A stretch of 64,000 nucleotides of DNA from Octopus sinensis (Eukaryota). The stretch spans positions 64,852,001-64,916,000 of the forward strand of contig NC_043007.1 in assembly GCF_006345805.1 (NCBI RefSeq). Reading direction: 5' to 3'. Numbering within the stretch: position 1 is the first letter of the stretch; the number at the start of each line of letters is the position of its first letter. Shown piece by piece: positions 15,672 to 29,160 of the stretch. Made by a program: the position numbers and the translations under genes. The notes under the pieces were generated by a model. The model worked only from the letters and a program-made list of their open reading frames with translations. It ran no database searches and was not told the origin of the DNA.

Positions 15672-16379
15672 TTTACTGGCATGAAAAAGTTGAGAGTTTC
15701 ATACACTAGAAATTAACGCTGGCATTATGAAACGTTATAAGCCAGTTACAGTCTCAAGAATAACAAATCAACCAATACTCCCGCATATGCCAATGCAAAA
15801 AGGCTACTTTGCCGGATGTCTTTGTCAAGGAAAATCAAGAATGAAAGTACCTCCTCATCAGAGTATCATCCCAACAGACAATAATTTTTAATGTGGTATT
15901 ATTGTTATTAGTATGTGTCCTTCTATGTGTATTTGTTTATTACTCTAACCACGTTCACATAAGAATAAACACATCACGGGAAATAACAAGAAACGTTTGT
16001 GGATGAAGGGATAAAGATACCGCCAGATAGGCATAAGCTTTGAAAATTGAGAAAGAAGTCGATAAAAGAAAATTTGATAAAATAAAACCGGTCATAATTT
16101 GCAGAAATATTTTCGTTTGATAGTATTTGTGTTTCTTTTGGAGATCGCATTTTTGATGTTGCTATTGATGGTAGTAGTGGTGATAGTGATTAGCTTAGAA
16201 TGATAGCATTTGGATGTATAATGACGATTTTGTAGTGAGTGCTTTGTTTTTTCGTTTAGTGTTGCTTTTAGTGATAGTGTCTTAGTTGGAGTTGGAGATT
16301 TGCACGTGATGATATTTCCACCTGTCATCTGACCGAAATTCTAAATCGCGTGCGCACAGCGGCAATCACGCATGCGCGT

Positions 16380-16433
<54 letters not shown>

Positions 16434-16821
16434 GCACACATACACACACAGAAATAAGATTTTATGTGATTTGCAAATAGTCAAAGTTTACATTGTGCTT
16501 ATTATTTAGCCCATTTGGATCAGCCCTGATCAAACACTTCTATTATTATGACAATCCCGTTGTGTTTAGTAGTGGTTGTACCAACACCACCACCAAGAAC
16601 AATGGCTTTTGTCAGTATTTTCGGCCTTCTTTTATTATCAAATGTAGAAGATAATAAGAATAAGTAGTAGCAATAATAAGGAAGAAGATGGAAAACGAAT
16701 AAGAACGATGAAAAGAAAATAATTAAAATAAAATAAACGTGGTGAAGAAGAAAAAGAAGAAGAGGAAGAAGAGAAAGAAGTGGAAGAAGAAAAAGAAGAA
16801 AATGAAGAGGAAAGAGAAAAA

Positions 16822-16911
16822 GAAGAAAAAGAAGAGGAAGAAGAAAAAGAAGAGGAAGAAGAAAAAGAAGAGGAAGAAGAAAAAGAAGAGGAAGAAGAAA
16901 AAGAAGAGGAA
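16822..16911 (+). repeat. Five perfect copies of the 18-bp purine unit gaagaaaaagaagaggaa within a longer GAA-rich tract (about 16640-16990)
   Basis: Direct reading. Confidence 0.92.
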
Positions 16912-17479
16912 GAAGTGAATGAAATAAATAAAAAAATTAAGAAAATATGAAAAATGAGGTGGAGAGAAGTGAAAAAAGAACACAAAAAAAGGCCGGATTA
17001 GAAAGAGAATTATGTGAGGAGTAGAGTGGGTAAACAAATACTGGCAAGTTATGTAGAATAAAAGAGTGGTACAAAGGAAAAAGAGGGGAATAGAGGGAGG
17101 TGGAGAGGATCAGAGATGAGAGAAAAAAATAGAGAAAAGAAAATGTGAACCAGTGGAAGGCGAATGACATTTTATGTCTTAATTGATTTATCTTAACAAA
17201 AATGAAAAAAAAAAAAAAGAAATTGAGTGAAAAAAAGCTAAGGAAACACAAAAGAAACTAACCAAAAGAAAACAAAAATGTATCAGTGGAAACTGAAGAA
17301 AAAAAACAAGGAAATAATAAAGAACAAGATTTCCAAATATGCTATAGAAAAACACACATGTACATACGCACACTCATATGTAAACGTAATCAAACACAAT
17401 CCCAAATTCCAATACGTCCTTTACTCTCGATTTAAGAAACCCACCTCTCTTCATAGACATTAAATAGATGTGATGAAAT

Positions 17480-17535
<56 letters not shown>

Positions 17536-18086
17536 AATGGCAGCATTAGTTGAATGAAGGAAAATAATACTCTCGATCCAGTCAACCTCGAAGAAAACAT
17601 TAACAAAAATAACAACATTAACAATAGCGTCACTGACAACAGCAGGAAAGAGAGAGCAAAAGTACTAATACTGCAACAAGACTAACGGCATGAGGGGAAA
17701 ATATTGAATATGGAGCATCATCAACAACAACAACGGTTACAACAGTTATAAGAATTCTGCTGTAATAAATCCCTTTTCTATTTTACTATGTCATCTAAGT
17801 AAAACAGCAAAAGAATTTTCAAAAGGTGGGGTTTGGGAAGAGAAATAAAACGAAAGAATTAAACAAGCAATATTTCAATCGATGAATTATGTACAACGAT
17901 TTAAGTTTTCCAGTGAATGACTGCTAATTTGAAGAATTATTGGTTATTCTCAAAATTTAAAAAAGGAGAAAGGAATAATAATTGTGTGAGAGATAGATAG
18001 ACAGATAAATACATAGAAAGAGAGAGGACGAGAGAGAGATAAGCGCGATTGAGAAGGTTAGAATTCGAGGAAGAATGGGAGAAACC

Positions 18087-18120
<34 letters not shown>

Positions 18121-18166
18121 AGAGAAAGAGAGAAGAGAGCTAAAAGGAGATGAGTAAAATCAAAAC

Positions 18167-18203
<37 letters not shown>

Positions 18204-18740
18204 GTATGTGCGTGTGTGTTGAGTGTGGGCGTGTGCATGTACTTATACAAACATATATGTAAGTATATAAATACACACACAAACATATATATATATATTT
18301 ATATATATATATATATGTATATATATATTTATATGTACGTACACACACACTCACACATTCGCACACATACACACGCGCACACACAAACATTTTGGCATAC
18401 AGAAAATATCTCATTTTAAGTACAGCTCATCTTTTACATTTATTTTGCAAAATGAAGGTTGATATTTGATATATTAGAAATAAATAAAGCATATAAATTA
18501 ACTAGGTCAATATACGTTTGTAACATATTCTGACTTAGGATTCGTAGCTAACACCAAGTAAACTGATTTCCATCCAACAAGACGTGAGAGTTTCAACGAA
18601 CAGAATATCAATGTCTTCAGGCATTTCTGAACAGTACATTTTCTCAAGTTCCGTTTCTCTCGGCATTCCGCCCTCAGTGATATCGTGAACCGAAGCCAGT
18701 TTTCCGTCGGAATTGGAGTTAGAAGGGTTAGAACACCAAA

Positions 18741-18849
18741 ATGGCGAAGGAACAGACGGCATTGCAATCTTTCTGTTCCAAGGCAGCAGTAGTCTTATTT
18801 TTATCACATGTTTTCACTGCACTACCGAACGCAGCTCTGTGTGCTCTGG
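18741..18849 (+). CDS. Candidate start exon B encoding a signal peptide (MAKEQTALQSFCSKAAVVLFLSHVFTALPNAALCAL + phase-1 G)
   Basis: Kozak caaaATGG, 36 open codons with hydrophobic core AAVVLFLSHVFTAL and small residues near the end, donor G|GTATGT at 18850. Preceded by non-repetitive, CpG-containing sequence (18500-18740). Confidence 0.6.
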
Positions 18850-19003
18850 GTATGTGCTGTGATTTGTTGTGATGCTCTTATTTTTACTGTATTGAAAGTG
18901 TTTTACGTAGAATGTGTGCGTACCTAGCAGTGCTATTTTCTGTATGTTATATATACTTGTTTGTCCTGGTGTCTTTGCATTATTATTATTATTATTATTT
19001 TAA

Positions 19004-19212
19004 AGACGGCGAACCGGCAGGATCGTTAGCACAAATATTTGTGGCATTTCGTCCGCCTGTCTTTGGGCTCTTTCAAATACCACCGAAGTCGACTTTGCTT
19101 TTCATCCGTTCAGGAGTAGATGAAATAAGTACCAGTCGAGCACTGGGGTCAATGTAATTGACTAGTCCGCTTTTTCTACCAAATTTCAAGACTTGTCCTT
19201 TAGTAGAAATAG
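19004..19212 (+). mobile_element. SINE family 1
   Basis: ggcgaaccggcaggatcgttagcac...gtcgactttgcttttcatcc...aagtaccagtcgagcactggggtcaatgtaattgac. Confidence 0.82.
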
Positions 19213-21559
19213 ATGTCAAATGAATCAGACTTCCATTTAATAAGTCGATTTCTCTGAGTCAATTATACTATCTCTCAGTCAATCTAACAGCCGGATTATC
19301 ATAAATTGTCTCAAGGAAGTAATCAATCATTTAGTCCATTCTCTGATTAATCAATGAGTCTGTTAATCAGAAAATTTCATTCCGACAATCAGCCAATGAG
19401 TCAATTAAATAATCAGTCAAGCAATCAACCAACCAGTGTTAATCAACATGTCAGTTAATCAACAGATAAGTCCCTCTGTCAATCAGAATATTAGTTTGTC
19501 AATCAACCAATCAGTCAGTTTGTTCAGTGGACAGTCAGTCTGTCAGTTATAGAGTTAGTATGATCAATAAAACAAATCACTAAGTTAATGCATCATTCTG
19601 TCAATCAATTATTCGTTTCTTAAAACAAACATACCTTTCATGGAAAATGGGGAAATGCACTTAATATATTATAAACAACCAGTCAATCAATGAAAATCAG
19701 CAAATCAATTGTATATTTAGTCAGTCAGATCAGTCAAACAAATTTAACTATGGGTGGATCATTACAATTATCATATTTGATTAGAAAAATAGAAAAACCT
19801 CTCGAAAGACAAATGGAACTTTGTAAGGATCATTGCTTAGATCCTGCTTCTTAGTGTCAATCTACCACTTGGATAGTAGGGGCAGCTGTATATTTGTATA
19901 TTTATATGTCTCTACACAAACAAAAAGACGCCTGAAATGCAGGTCTGCTGGTAGTCTAATATTATTTCAACTCGACCGTTTCTCTTTTAAGAAAATATAG
20001 AAGCCTATATTAAATACATAACTAATAAAATAATGGCACTGTGAATCTTGTACTTAGATCAGATAGATTACTCATTTAAGATCTGAAATATGTAATGATG
20101 TAAAAGAACACAAATATGTAAATAGGTAAATGAACATTAAAAAAAGTCCATCGTTGTATTAAGTCAATCGTGTTTTTTAGGCAAATTGCAACAATCTATA
20201 ATATCAATCTTCTCTTCAGATCTTCAGATTTTTTAGCATTAACCGAATTACCTATATAGTGATGAAAAAAGTATACATATCTATTCTTTTATTCTTTACA
20301 TGCTTTATTCATTAAAATGAGGGCATACTGGGGTATTCCCTTCAAGGGCTTTAGTCAGACAAAGCGACCACAGTACTTATGTTTCAAGTTTGGTACTTAT
20401 TGTATTGGTCTCTTTTGCCCAACTACTAGTTTATGAGGATGTAAACAAACTAATACTGGTTGTCAAACGGTGGTGGAGTACAAACACGGATGTACAGACA
20501 TACATCCACATATACGATGGGCTTCCACATGGGTTGCAAAGCAAGCGTCATAACCACACAACCTTTCCTGCGTCTTTGGGTATTATTCTCAGATTATTAT
20601 TCTCCGAAGATCTTCGTAATTACCTTACCCAGAGAATCATCAAAATCTCGCAGTAGATTATCAATCATATCATGAATTATCATTCCAATATTTTCTCAAT
20701 TTCGATCGCTGGAGGCAGCAGGTCTCTCAGCTGATGAGTTTGCCGTTGGTGCTGCATGTTTGACTTTGGTTGTATTCAGTAAGTTTGACGGTGGTGCTAT
20801 TCGGTTTTGGGAAAATAGCTAAACACCTTATGAAACACCAAGCGTGAGTACCATAGGAACAGCGACATATTAACTAGTAAGGCCCAGATTTATACGTAGT
20901 GACAAATTTATTTAGACTCATATATAAGCAATATTATGAGCGTATTCAGGGTACTGTATTGAAATCCATGCCAAGTAGCTTAGATTTCTGGTTGTATATA
21001 TATATATAAATTTACTATAATAATGCCTAGGGAACTGGAAAATTAACGTCCCAGAATACCGTTCTTTCCTTTAATGTCCCTCGTAGCATCAGTATTAGTG
21101 TCAACAAGGGTGTAATCACTGTTAGTGTGATGATCAAGACGCTGTGAAAATTATTGTTAACAGTTGTGCCTATATTGGTGTCAAAAAGGATGTCATATAA
21201 GAACTGCAGTGTCACAAAGGATGTAAATATTGACACCAATAATTTGTCAATAATAATCTTAACTTACGTGTAAATTTATCTCAAATGTAACGTCAATATT
21301 GTCTGCAATACTAACATTTGTAGGCATAAGAATCAAATTTTGATGTAACGATGATTCATCATTGGTTTTTACTGAATCATCAAATGTTTAAGCCTATGTT
21401 ATCTCTGATTTAATAGATATGTTACCAAATGTATTTCGATTTTAACCATCCTGCATCTATGACGACATGTGTACTTCCTATTTAGAGACCATGTTGTTGC
21501 TTTTGTTTAATCACAAGTCTACGTTGATAGCAAAGATCTTTGAATGGAGGAAATCACAA

Positions 21560-21960
21560 CTGTAACTATCCTGGCCTTCTTGGGTATTACAATATAATTC
21601 AGTAGGTTCTTTCCATTTTTAATACATTACTTGCCGCCACCAGGTTAGTGCTGTCTACAATTGCTGTAAAAGCACATTTTAGCGCTGCATTCACAGTGTT
21701 GATGTTGTTGTTATATCATTTATAAGGTTATATGATACAAATTTGAGTCAACTTCTCATATAACTTTGCCGACTTCATCACTTCCCACGCCGGATCATTT
21801 GAAGTTAATGAGGACTTGATTACACCATAGTGTAATGGCTGGCACTTTTTAACACCTGATTCAGAGCCAGCTACTATGATCTTAATTTCACTGTCGTAAA
21901 ATAAGCCCCATAAAAGTTTGTGATAATGTGGGTAATAGGTCGAACTATGTAAAGTTAAAC
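21560..21960 (-). mobile_element. Possible R2-group (Hero/NeSL-like) RT remnant
   Basis: Minus-strand frames give SGVKKCQPLHYGVI and L*NDITTTSTL*MQR*NVLLQQL*TALTWWRQ, loosely like GxxQGCxxS...FMDDxTxTT...RWxLxxLxxxIxWARM. Highly degraded. Confidence 0.35.
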
Positions 21961-23046
21961 ATAATCTATAGTAGCTAGAAAAACGTGTGACTAAACTTTA
22001 TAGCACAATCGATTCAGGACTACCCAAGGCACTCTAAGCTGAAAACAACGACAATAACATGAGCCAGTTTATTTTATATTAAACGATAACCCTAAGAAAT
22101 ACTTCTCATTTGAGAACAACACATCGATCGCTAAACAACAGTCAGCTAAATCGATGAAAAAATAAAATCAATAAATGAAGTATGTCATGTGCATTTTTTA
22201 CTTAATTCAAAATTGTTTATTTAAACATTACAGTATTCAAACGGGCGTAGTGTTACCTGGTCTATTGAAAGAACAACAATTTTTTATGCAAGCATGAAAC
22301 TTAAGATTTATTAAGAGGAACTAAAATGTTATCTGTAGCAATTACCTTTCACAAGGACATCTGTTACGGACGTTGGACCGTTCTATGTGAGACTCAAAAG
22401 CAGATCCCGAAAATAGCTAGGGTCTGTGAAACATATAGACTGTTTTAACTCTGTACGTAAGCATTGTGACTTCCATGAGTAAAGCCGGGTGTCTTGTTGA
22501 CGTACATAAAATTCGGGACGAGATGAAGTGTACGGAGGCGGTATTGCCTGGATTTGCCTGGTTTTACTTGGGATTATACTTAAGGACCTATACCTTCACG
22601 GAAGTACGGACCAACCTCCATACCCTCTGGAATAAGATGATCTGTTAACTTTATTCTCCAGTCTTTATTCTTCTATCTGCTGTTTTATTCTTTTATACAC
22701 TATGAATTCTCTGTCTGGAACTTTCCTACATACCTTGTCTCCGATGATGGAATACTTAGTTTATGGAGAAGCTGACCCATCATCCGGGATATCTCAGAGT
22801 AATTAATATAAGACATTAATTACTTCTAATTCACCTTTCTCTAATTAAATACTCTAAATGACCTGAGATACTCGCCCTGCCTTAGTTTTGTTGTCCTTTT
22901 TCTAGTAATATATACCTGTTAACTCGGAGGTCTACTACAGATCCCTACCTCAGCCACAGCTGTGAACTTTGAACCTAACGGATGACCAATTATAACACTT
23001 ACATAGCGTACCTATTCGTTTAGATCGTCAGTCAACTAAACCCCTC

Positions 23047-23077
<31 letters not shown>

Positions 23078-23237
23078 TGTATGTATGTATGTATGTATGT
23101 ATGTATGTGCATGTGAGTTATAGCATTAATTATCAAAAGTAAAGGTAATGCTAATTTGGAGAGTTCTACGTATTCACTATATGAATATCTTGTGTTACAG
23201 TACAGCTACTAATTTTGACACAATACAATTCTTCAGT

Positions 23238-23432
23238 CAACGCCGGGCAAAATACTTAGCGTTATTTCGTCTGTCGCTACGTTCTGAGTTCAAATTCCGC
23301 CGAGGTCGACTTTCCTTTCTTCCTTTCGGGGTGGATTAAATAAGTACCAGTTACACACTTGGGTCGATGTAATCGACTTAATCCATTTGTCTGTTCTCGT
23401 TTGTCCCCTCTATGTTTAGCCCCTTGTGGGCA
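23238..23432 (+). mobile_element. SINE family 1 with gtcccctctatgtttagccccttgtggg tail
   Basis: B-box gagttcaaattccgccgaggtcgac and conserved body. Confidence 0.88.
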
Positions 23433-24071
23433 ACGTCCACTAATTCACTTGTTTATGTTTGCGTATTTATTAAAAAGGAAGTAAACAACATATAGTTTTT
23501 GGCTTCTGCAAACGAAGTACTGAAAGCAGAAGAAATGGTATAGTTTATTGAATTACTATATACACATTTATTCGGAAGCTGGAGATTTCTATATGGAAGA
23601 GATCATTTAGGTGTTATTATTGGTTCAGTCGTGAAATGTTGTTTGTAAAGGGAAGGAAAAAAAGAAAAATAAACTTTTATGTTCTGTTGGGATTTCGGGT
23701 TACCGCTGTTGTAATGAAGTTATCGCATTTAAGGAAGTAATCATACATATGAGGACATAAAGAGATAAATTCCATGCATTTGTTTACGTTTTGGTTTTGC
23801 GCTTTACGATTGAAAACTTCTCCAAGGTGCAGAAACTGCAGAAAGCTTTTGATTCTGTGTAATATATTGCTCTAAAAGTTTCCCTTCAATGATATGAAAT
23901 ATTAATATATTACCCCAAAATGCATGTGTTGGTCGGCTTGTGTTCTGTCACCGTTTCTACTTTCTGTTGAATATTGATAGAGACATTGCTCATAAATTGT
24001 TTAGCAGACATTCCTCTATAATCAATGCACTTTCGCTTAATGTTAAATGTTACAATGTTTTCATTTTTCAG

Positions 24072-24098
24072 TGACTCGATTTCAAAGAATCACATTAG
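24072..24098 (+). CDS. Candidate 27-nt phase 1-1 microexon, (V)TRFQRITL
   Basis: Acceptor ttttcatttttcag at 24070-24071 and consensus donor AG|GTAAGC at 24099. Length is a multiple of 3 and the exon is open in the frame left by both candidate start exons. Confidence 0.5.
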
Positions 24099-25302
24099 GT
24101 AAGCCTTTTCTTTTTCATAAATATACACACCAACAAACACTACAATATTTCTACAAAGACATGAATCCGTCCCAAAATACGGTCACACACGTTTCAGGCA
24201 CTGTAAGCACGCGCACACACGCAAGCGTGCACACAGACAGAGGGTTAGATTATGAGAAAACATCAATATATGAATATCACGAAAACAATAAGGCTAGACA
24301 CCGCATAGTTCAAGCATACCAAATACAAATATAGGGTATTGCCCGCGTTCTTGTTTTAAAAACTAACATATACAGGTATTACAAAATATCTTTCTCGACA
24401 CTATCTGAGGAGCCATAATCTGGCGAAGCAAGTTGTAAAGTTGTGTGTATGTGTGTGTGTGGGTGTGTGTATAAAGAGAGAGAGGGGGGCGAGGGAAAGA
24501 GAGAAAGGGAGAGAGAGAATGAGTGAGAGAGAGAGGGAGAAATACAGTCGTTAGAAAAATTCACCTGTCAACTAAAGCGGAACGCTTGCTCTATTAAGGT
24601 TAGAAATGTATTGTATTCTATAATTGACAAAAATGGGCATATATTCATTACCCCCAACGAATATATAATTTTAGATAATGATTTTAATTTCACGGAAAGT
24701 ATTGTCATTGGGGAGACTAATTTATAAATTTTAGAGAACGAAAACACTCATACACACAAGCGCATACACATATACAAATACATTCATATAGATTGCTTCA
24801 TATATAACTACAGCCGTACGTGGATCATTGCACACGCAAAATTATATACAAGTATAGGAGTATATATATTTATATTGAGATGTATGCCTAACAAAGTATA
24901 TTACGTTCAACTAGTTATACATTCACGCACGCATTCTTGTGTGAGCACGTGAAAATCCATCCATCAATCCATCCATCCATCCATCCATCGATTCCATCCA
25001 TACATAATACATACACACACAACCACGCACGGACACACATACATATACATACATATGCGAGAAGGTATTTTAACAGCAGTTTCACCTAGCTCCACATGAC
25101 AAGATTTTGGGGCGCGTAGGAATCATCCATTCATCAGATGTTCTGTTCCTAAGAGGTGACAAGATGGACTTGTTCTACGTGTCCAAGAAATATTTCGTGC
25201 GGAGCTGCGTTAAACTGTTATTAAAAGTAAATATAACTCTTAGAAAGTGAATTGAATGCTACTATGCTACACAACACATTTCGTACGAATGATCACTTAT
25301 TC

Positions 25303-25368
<66 letters not shown>

Positions 25369-25524
25369 GTGCACGCGCACACTCACACACACACATATAT
25401 ATATAATCATGCAGATACATATCTACACACACATATGTACACATATGTACATGCAAACATACATATACTGACACAAACACATATACATACATATATGCAT
25501 TTACATATATATATATATATATAT

Positions 25525-25730
25525 GGGCAAAAGAAAAATTCTAATGCAAATATGCCGAAAATAGACAAAATTGTCAATAACCATTATAATTCATGCGTCT
25601 CGAAACAAGCCGAAAGAAATTTCTAAAAAATTCCGTTATCACCGTATTGGTCCCAATTTCAGAAATTAGGACCAATACGGTAATTTTGTCTATTTTCAGC
25701 ATATTTGGCATTAGAATTTTTCTTTTGCCC
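25525..25730. mobile_element. MITE with ~48-bp TIRs starting GGGC (possibly PIF/Harbinger-type)
   Basis: gggcaaaagaaaaattctaatgcaaatatgccgaaaatagacaaaatt is nearly the reverse complement of aattttgtctattttcagcatatttggcattagaatttttcttttgccc. Confidence 0.8.
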
Positions 25731-25801
25731 TTATTTTATAAGTTATTTATAAATTTAACCTTTAAAGGTATTCTTTAATATGCTGGCCGTTGATTACATT
25801 A

Positions 25802-25906
<105 letters not shown>

Positions 25907-25911
25907 GTATA

Positions 25912-26323
25912 TCTCTCTCTCTTTACTCTTTTAGTTGTTTCAGTCATTTGACTGCGGCCATGCTAGAGCATTGCCTTTAGTCGAGCAAATCGACCCCGGG
26001 ACTTATTCTTTGTAAGCCCAGTACTTATTCTATCGGTCTCTTTTGCCGAACCGCTAAGTGACGGGGACGTAAACACACCGCATCGGTTGTCAAGCAATGC
26101 TAGGGGGACAAACACAGACACACAAACATATACACACACACTTATATATATACATATATACGACAGGCTTCTTTCAGTTTCCGACTACCAAATCCACTCA
26201 CAAGGCATTGGTCGGCCCGGGGCTATAGCGGAAGACACTTGCCCAAGATGCTACACAGTAGGACTGAACCCGGAACCATGTGGTTGGTTAGCAAGCTACT
26301 TACCATACAGCTACTTCTGCGCC
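25912..26323 (-). mobile_element. Full-length, young-looking SINE family 2
   Basis: Complete head-to-tail match to 8655-9042. Confidence 0.9.
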
Positions 26324-26362
26324 TATAACCTACAACCGCGAGTCCGCTGCCCTAACCACTGG

Positions 26363-26469
<107 letters not shown>

Positions 26470-27689
26470 TGACATGCATAGAGAACAAAAGAATGGAGAA
26501 TTATGTATTTTAATCAGCTTACGCATGTTTCAGATACATTGGTATTAAATCAAGCATATTAGTCGATCCCATATTTGATCGACTAAGTAACCACAGAGAT
26601 TGAGAAGTTTAATATTATCCTATCCTTAACACAGCTAGACAACGCTGCTTGGAACAGAGAACAATTTAAAAGCGATAGGTAATAGTAAAGCTAACAATAT
26701 TTGTGTAAGAGGTAGGGTGTTATGTCAGCAAATGTACTTAGCAATTGTAATTATCAGGTTAATATGATATTGTATGTAATATATGGCAATATTCCTAGCC
26801 CATTTAGACAGTTATTGACCCTTCAAGTATACAGGAGTGGCATGTATAGCTAAACTGTTCATTAAATATAAGGCAGTGGGAATGTCATTTAAATAGTATT
26901 TTTTCTAAATATTATCCTTTAGTGGAAAACAGATTGAGTTAGTGAGAATTTCAAAACGAAAATTATTATAAAGGAATAAATACTTAAAACTTAAAACAAT
27001 TGTAATATGGTTAAGGTAACTTAAGGTAAAAAAAGAATAATAATTAGAAATAAACAAAAATAATGATGAAATAAATAAGTTAAAAAATAAAATAAATTGA
27101 AAAGTAATAACTTAATTAAAACAATTAAGAAATGATTCAAAAGTAATTAAACAATGTAATTTCAGAATTTTAAAATTTAAATAACAATAACAACAATGAC
27201 TAATAATTAAAATGATATTTAGAATTAAAAAATAGACATCATAGATATTCGAGTGTCTACTAAATAATACAGCCCCTGTTGAATATATGATGTATACTCG
27301 GTCGAAAAAGCGGATCCAGCCTATTATATTAGGATGCAGTAACCAGAGAAGGTTTCTAAAGGTTTTTCTAAATAAATGTTATTATCTCAACATTAAATTC
27401 ATTTGTTTTATTTAATATGTTAGATTTAGCTGTAAGAATATGAAATGTTTTCTCGAGGCATTTGTTACATTCTAATGATCCACCATTATACGTTAGCGTA
27501 CTGCGTACTATTTAATATCATACCTAATATTACTCTCTTTGAGACCGCAGACGAATCTATTTAGGGAAGCGAATTTTTAGATTTAATAATCTCGATGCAC
27601 AAGCACCTATATGGTGATAAGTACATTCTCCTAATCAGAGCCAACATTTCGTCCTTCGGACAGGTACCCATATCTAGTGTGTTAGAGCA

Positions 27690-29160
27690 TTCTACCCGCA
27701 ACCTCTACTCCTGATGCTGGCTTAAAGCATTTACGTGACTGGGTAAACGCTAAACTTGTCGAAGACGATGTCACGGTTGTTGTTAGAATAGTTGACTTTG
27801 ATGATACCGTCCTCTACCCTAGTGAGAAGGTCCTGACTGCTGTCCAACTCAAAAATCTTGAGCCAGCTGCAGATTTCAGAACCATATCCCCACTCGACCT
27901 TCAGCCGCTATGCGTGGCCTCCGCGAAAGACATCCTCTCTGCTCTGAGGTCTTCCCCTACCAGTAGCAATAGAGTTATTGACAGTTTCCGACCTTGCTAT
28001 TTCAAAGACTTGTACCCACTTACTGCCGAGGCTGGGCGCCGGTTTCTGATCGCAATTACGCGTTCATTGACGGTGCTCCAGACCCTTCTTCCCGTGGCTT
28101 CTTCTTTTCCGCCTGCCTAATGGCTCTCAAGAAGAACGGTGGCATACGCTCCATCGGTGTGGGCAATGTCTTCCGGAGGCTCGCGGCCTAAGTCACCTGC
28201 AGATCTATTACACCTAAACTAGGCAACAAACTTAGCTCGGTGCAGCTGGGGCGGGGTGGGGGAGCATGGCTCGTAACTTTGACAAGAAGACTGAATGCGA
28301 ACGACGCCATCAAGCATTCTTCCTGGTAAGGAACTACTTCGCTATGCCGAAACAATTGTCTACCATCCGCATTGTTTCTTGCTACAACCACACATCTCTC
28401 CTCACAGACCGCTGAAGATATATGCAACGTTTGATTTCACGACACTGGAAGACAATAGGCTACCTTATCCGTTAGATATGGTGGTCGCGACCTCCGATCT
28501 CCGGTTTCACTGGTCCTGCCGGCATTTCTTTTGTCTGTGATCTCTTAACGTGTTCTCATCAACAGTGGCACCTGGCTCAATGCAGTGTCATCACTCTCGA
28601 CTGGTATTCAGCTTGATAGCGACTGTCTGCGCATTGGTGTTTCACTGAACTATGACCTCTAGATCTGTGAACCTCCCAAATGCCGTTGTGGATCCACTAT
28701 GGTTTCAGTTATTCTTCACTCATTGGCATGCCATTAGAGTGCTGGTCGCCCTCCACGCCATGCTGCTCTCAATGAGATCATAAAGCATAGCCTAGTCGTT
28801 GCAGGCTCGAAACAGCGGGGTCAAACTGAGGTTGACGGTAAAAGGCCTGACGTATGATAACTTTCCCGTTCCATGGTTGTAGGCCCATAATCTGAAATGT
28901 GACACTTTCTCCTGTGACACCTTCGTGTGTCCAGCGATCAGCCCAGGCTCCGCTGCTCGTGAGGCCGAGAAGGGCAAACTGTATATATATCAGCCGCTCT
29001 CTGACGGGTTTGTGATCGAGCTAGCAGGAGTGGAGACCTCCAGTGGTCTCTGTCTCTGGACAGTATCCCTGCTTTAGGGCCAGAAGTGGCTATCCTCAAG
29101 TGTGAACCCGAGCTAGAAAAGAACTATGAGACAAATATAATTAGAGGTGACCATGCTATG
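27690..29160 (+). mobile_element. Internally deleted CRE-clade non-LTR retrotransposon (partial RT, CCHC finger, restriction-like endonuclease)
   Basis: KLVEDDVTVVVRIV...ILSALRSSPTSS...DSFRPCYFKDL; LMALKKNGGIRSIGVGNVFRRLAA; SGTWLNAVSSLSTGIQLDSDCLRIGV; CEPPKCRCG...HSLACH*SAGRPPRHAALNEIIK; DGKRPD...PW...DTF. All resemble CRE ORF motifs; stops and frameshifts are present. Confidence 0.88.

Noticed and set aside
18535-18807. 90-aa minus-strand ORF
   Set aside because: Antisense to the better-supported exon B and its 5' region; no recognisable domain.
20731-20778. 48-nt phase 1-1 exon candidate (ADEFAVGAACLTLVVF) with GTAAGT donor
   Set aside because: Acceptor lacks a real polypyrimidine tract; plausible by chance without RNA data.
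27638-27661. Minus-strand GTCC-GAA-GGAC-GAAA resembling hammerhead stem II
   Set aside because: The CUGANGA half of the core is absent.
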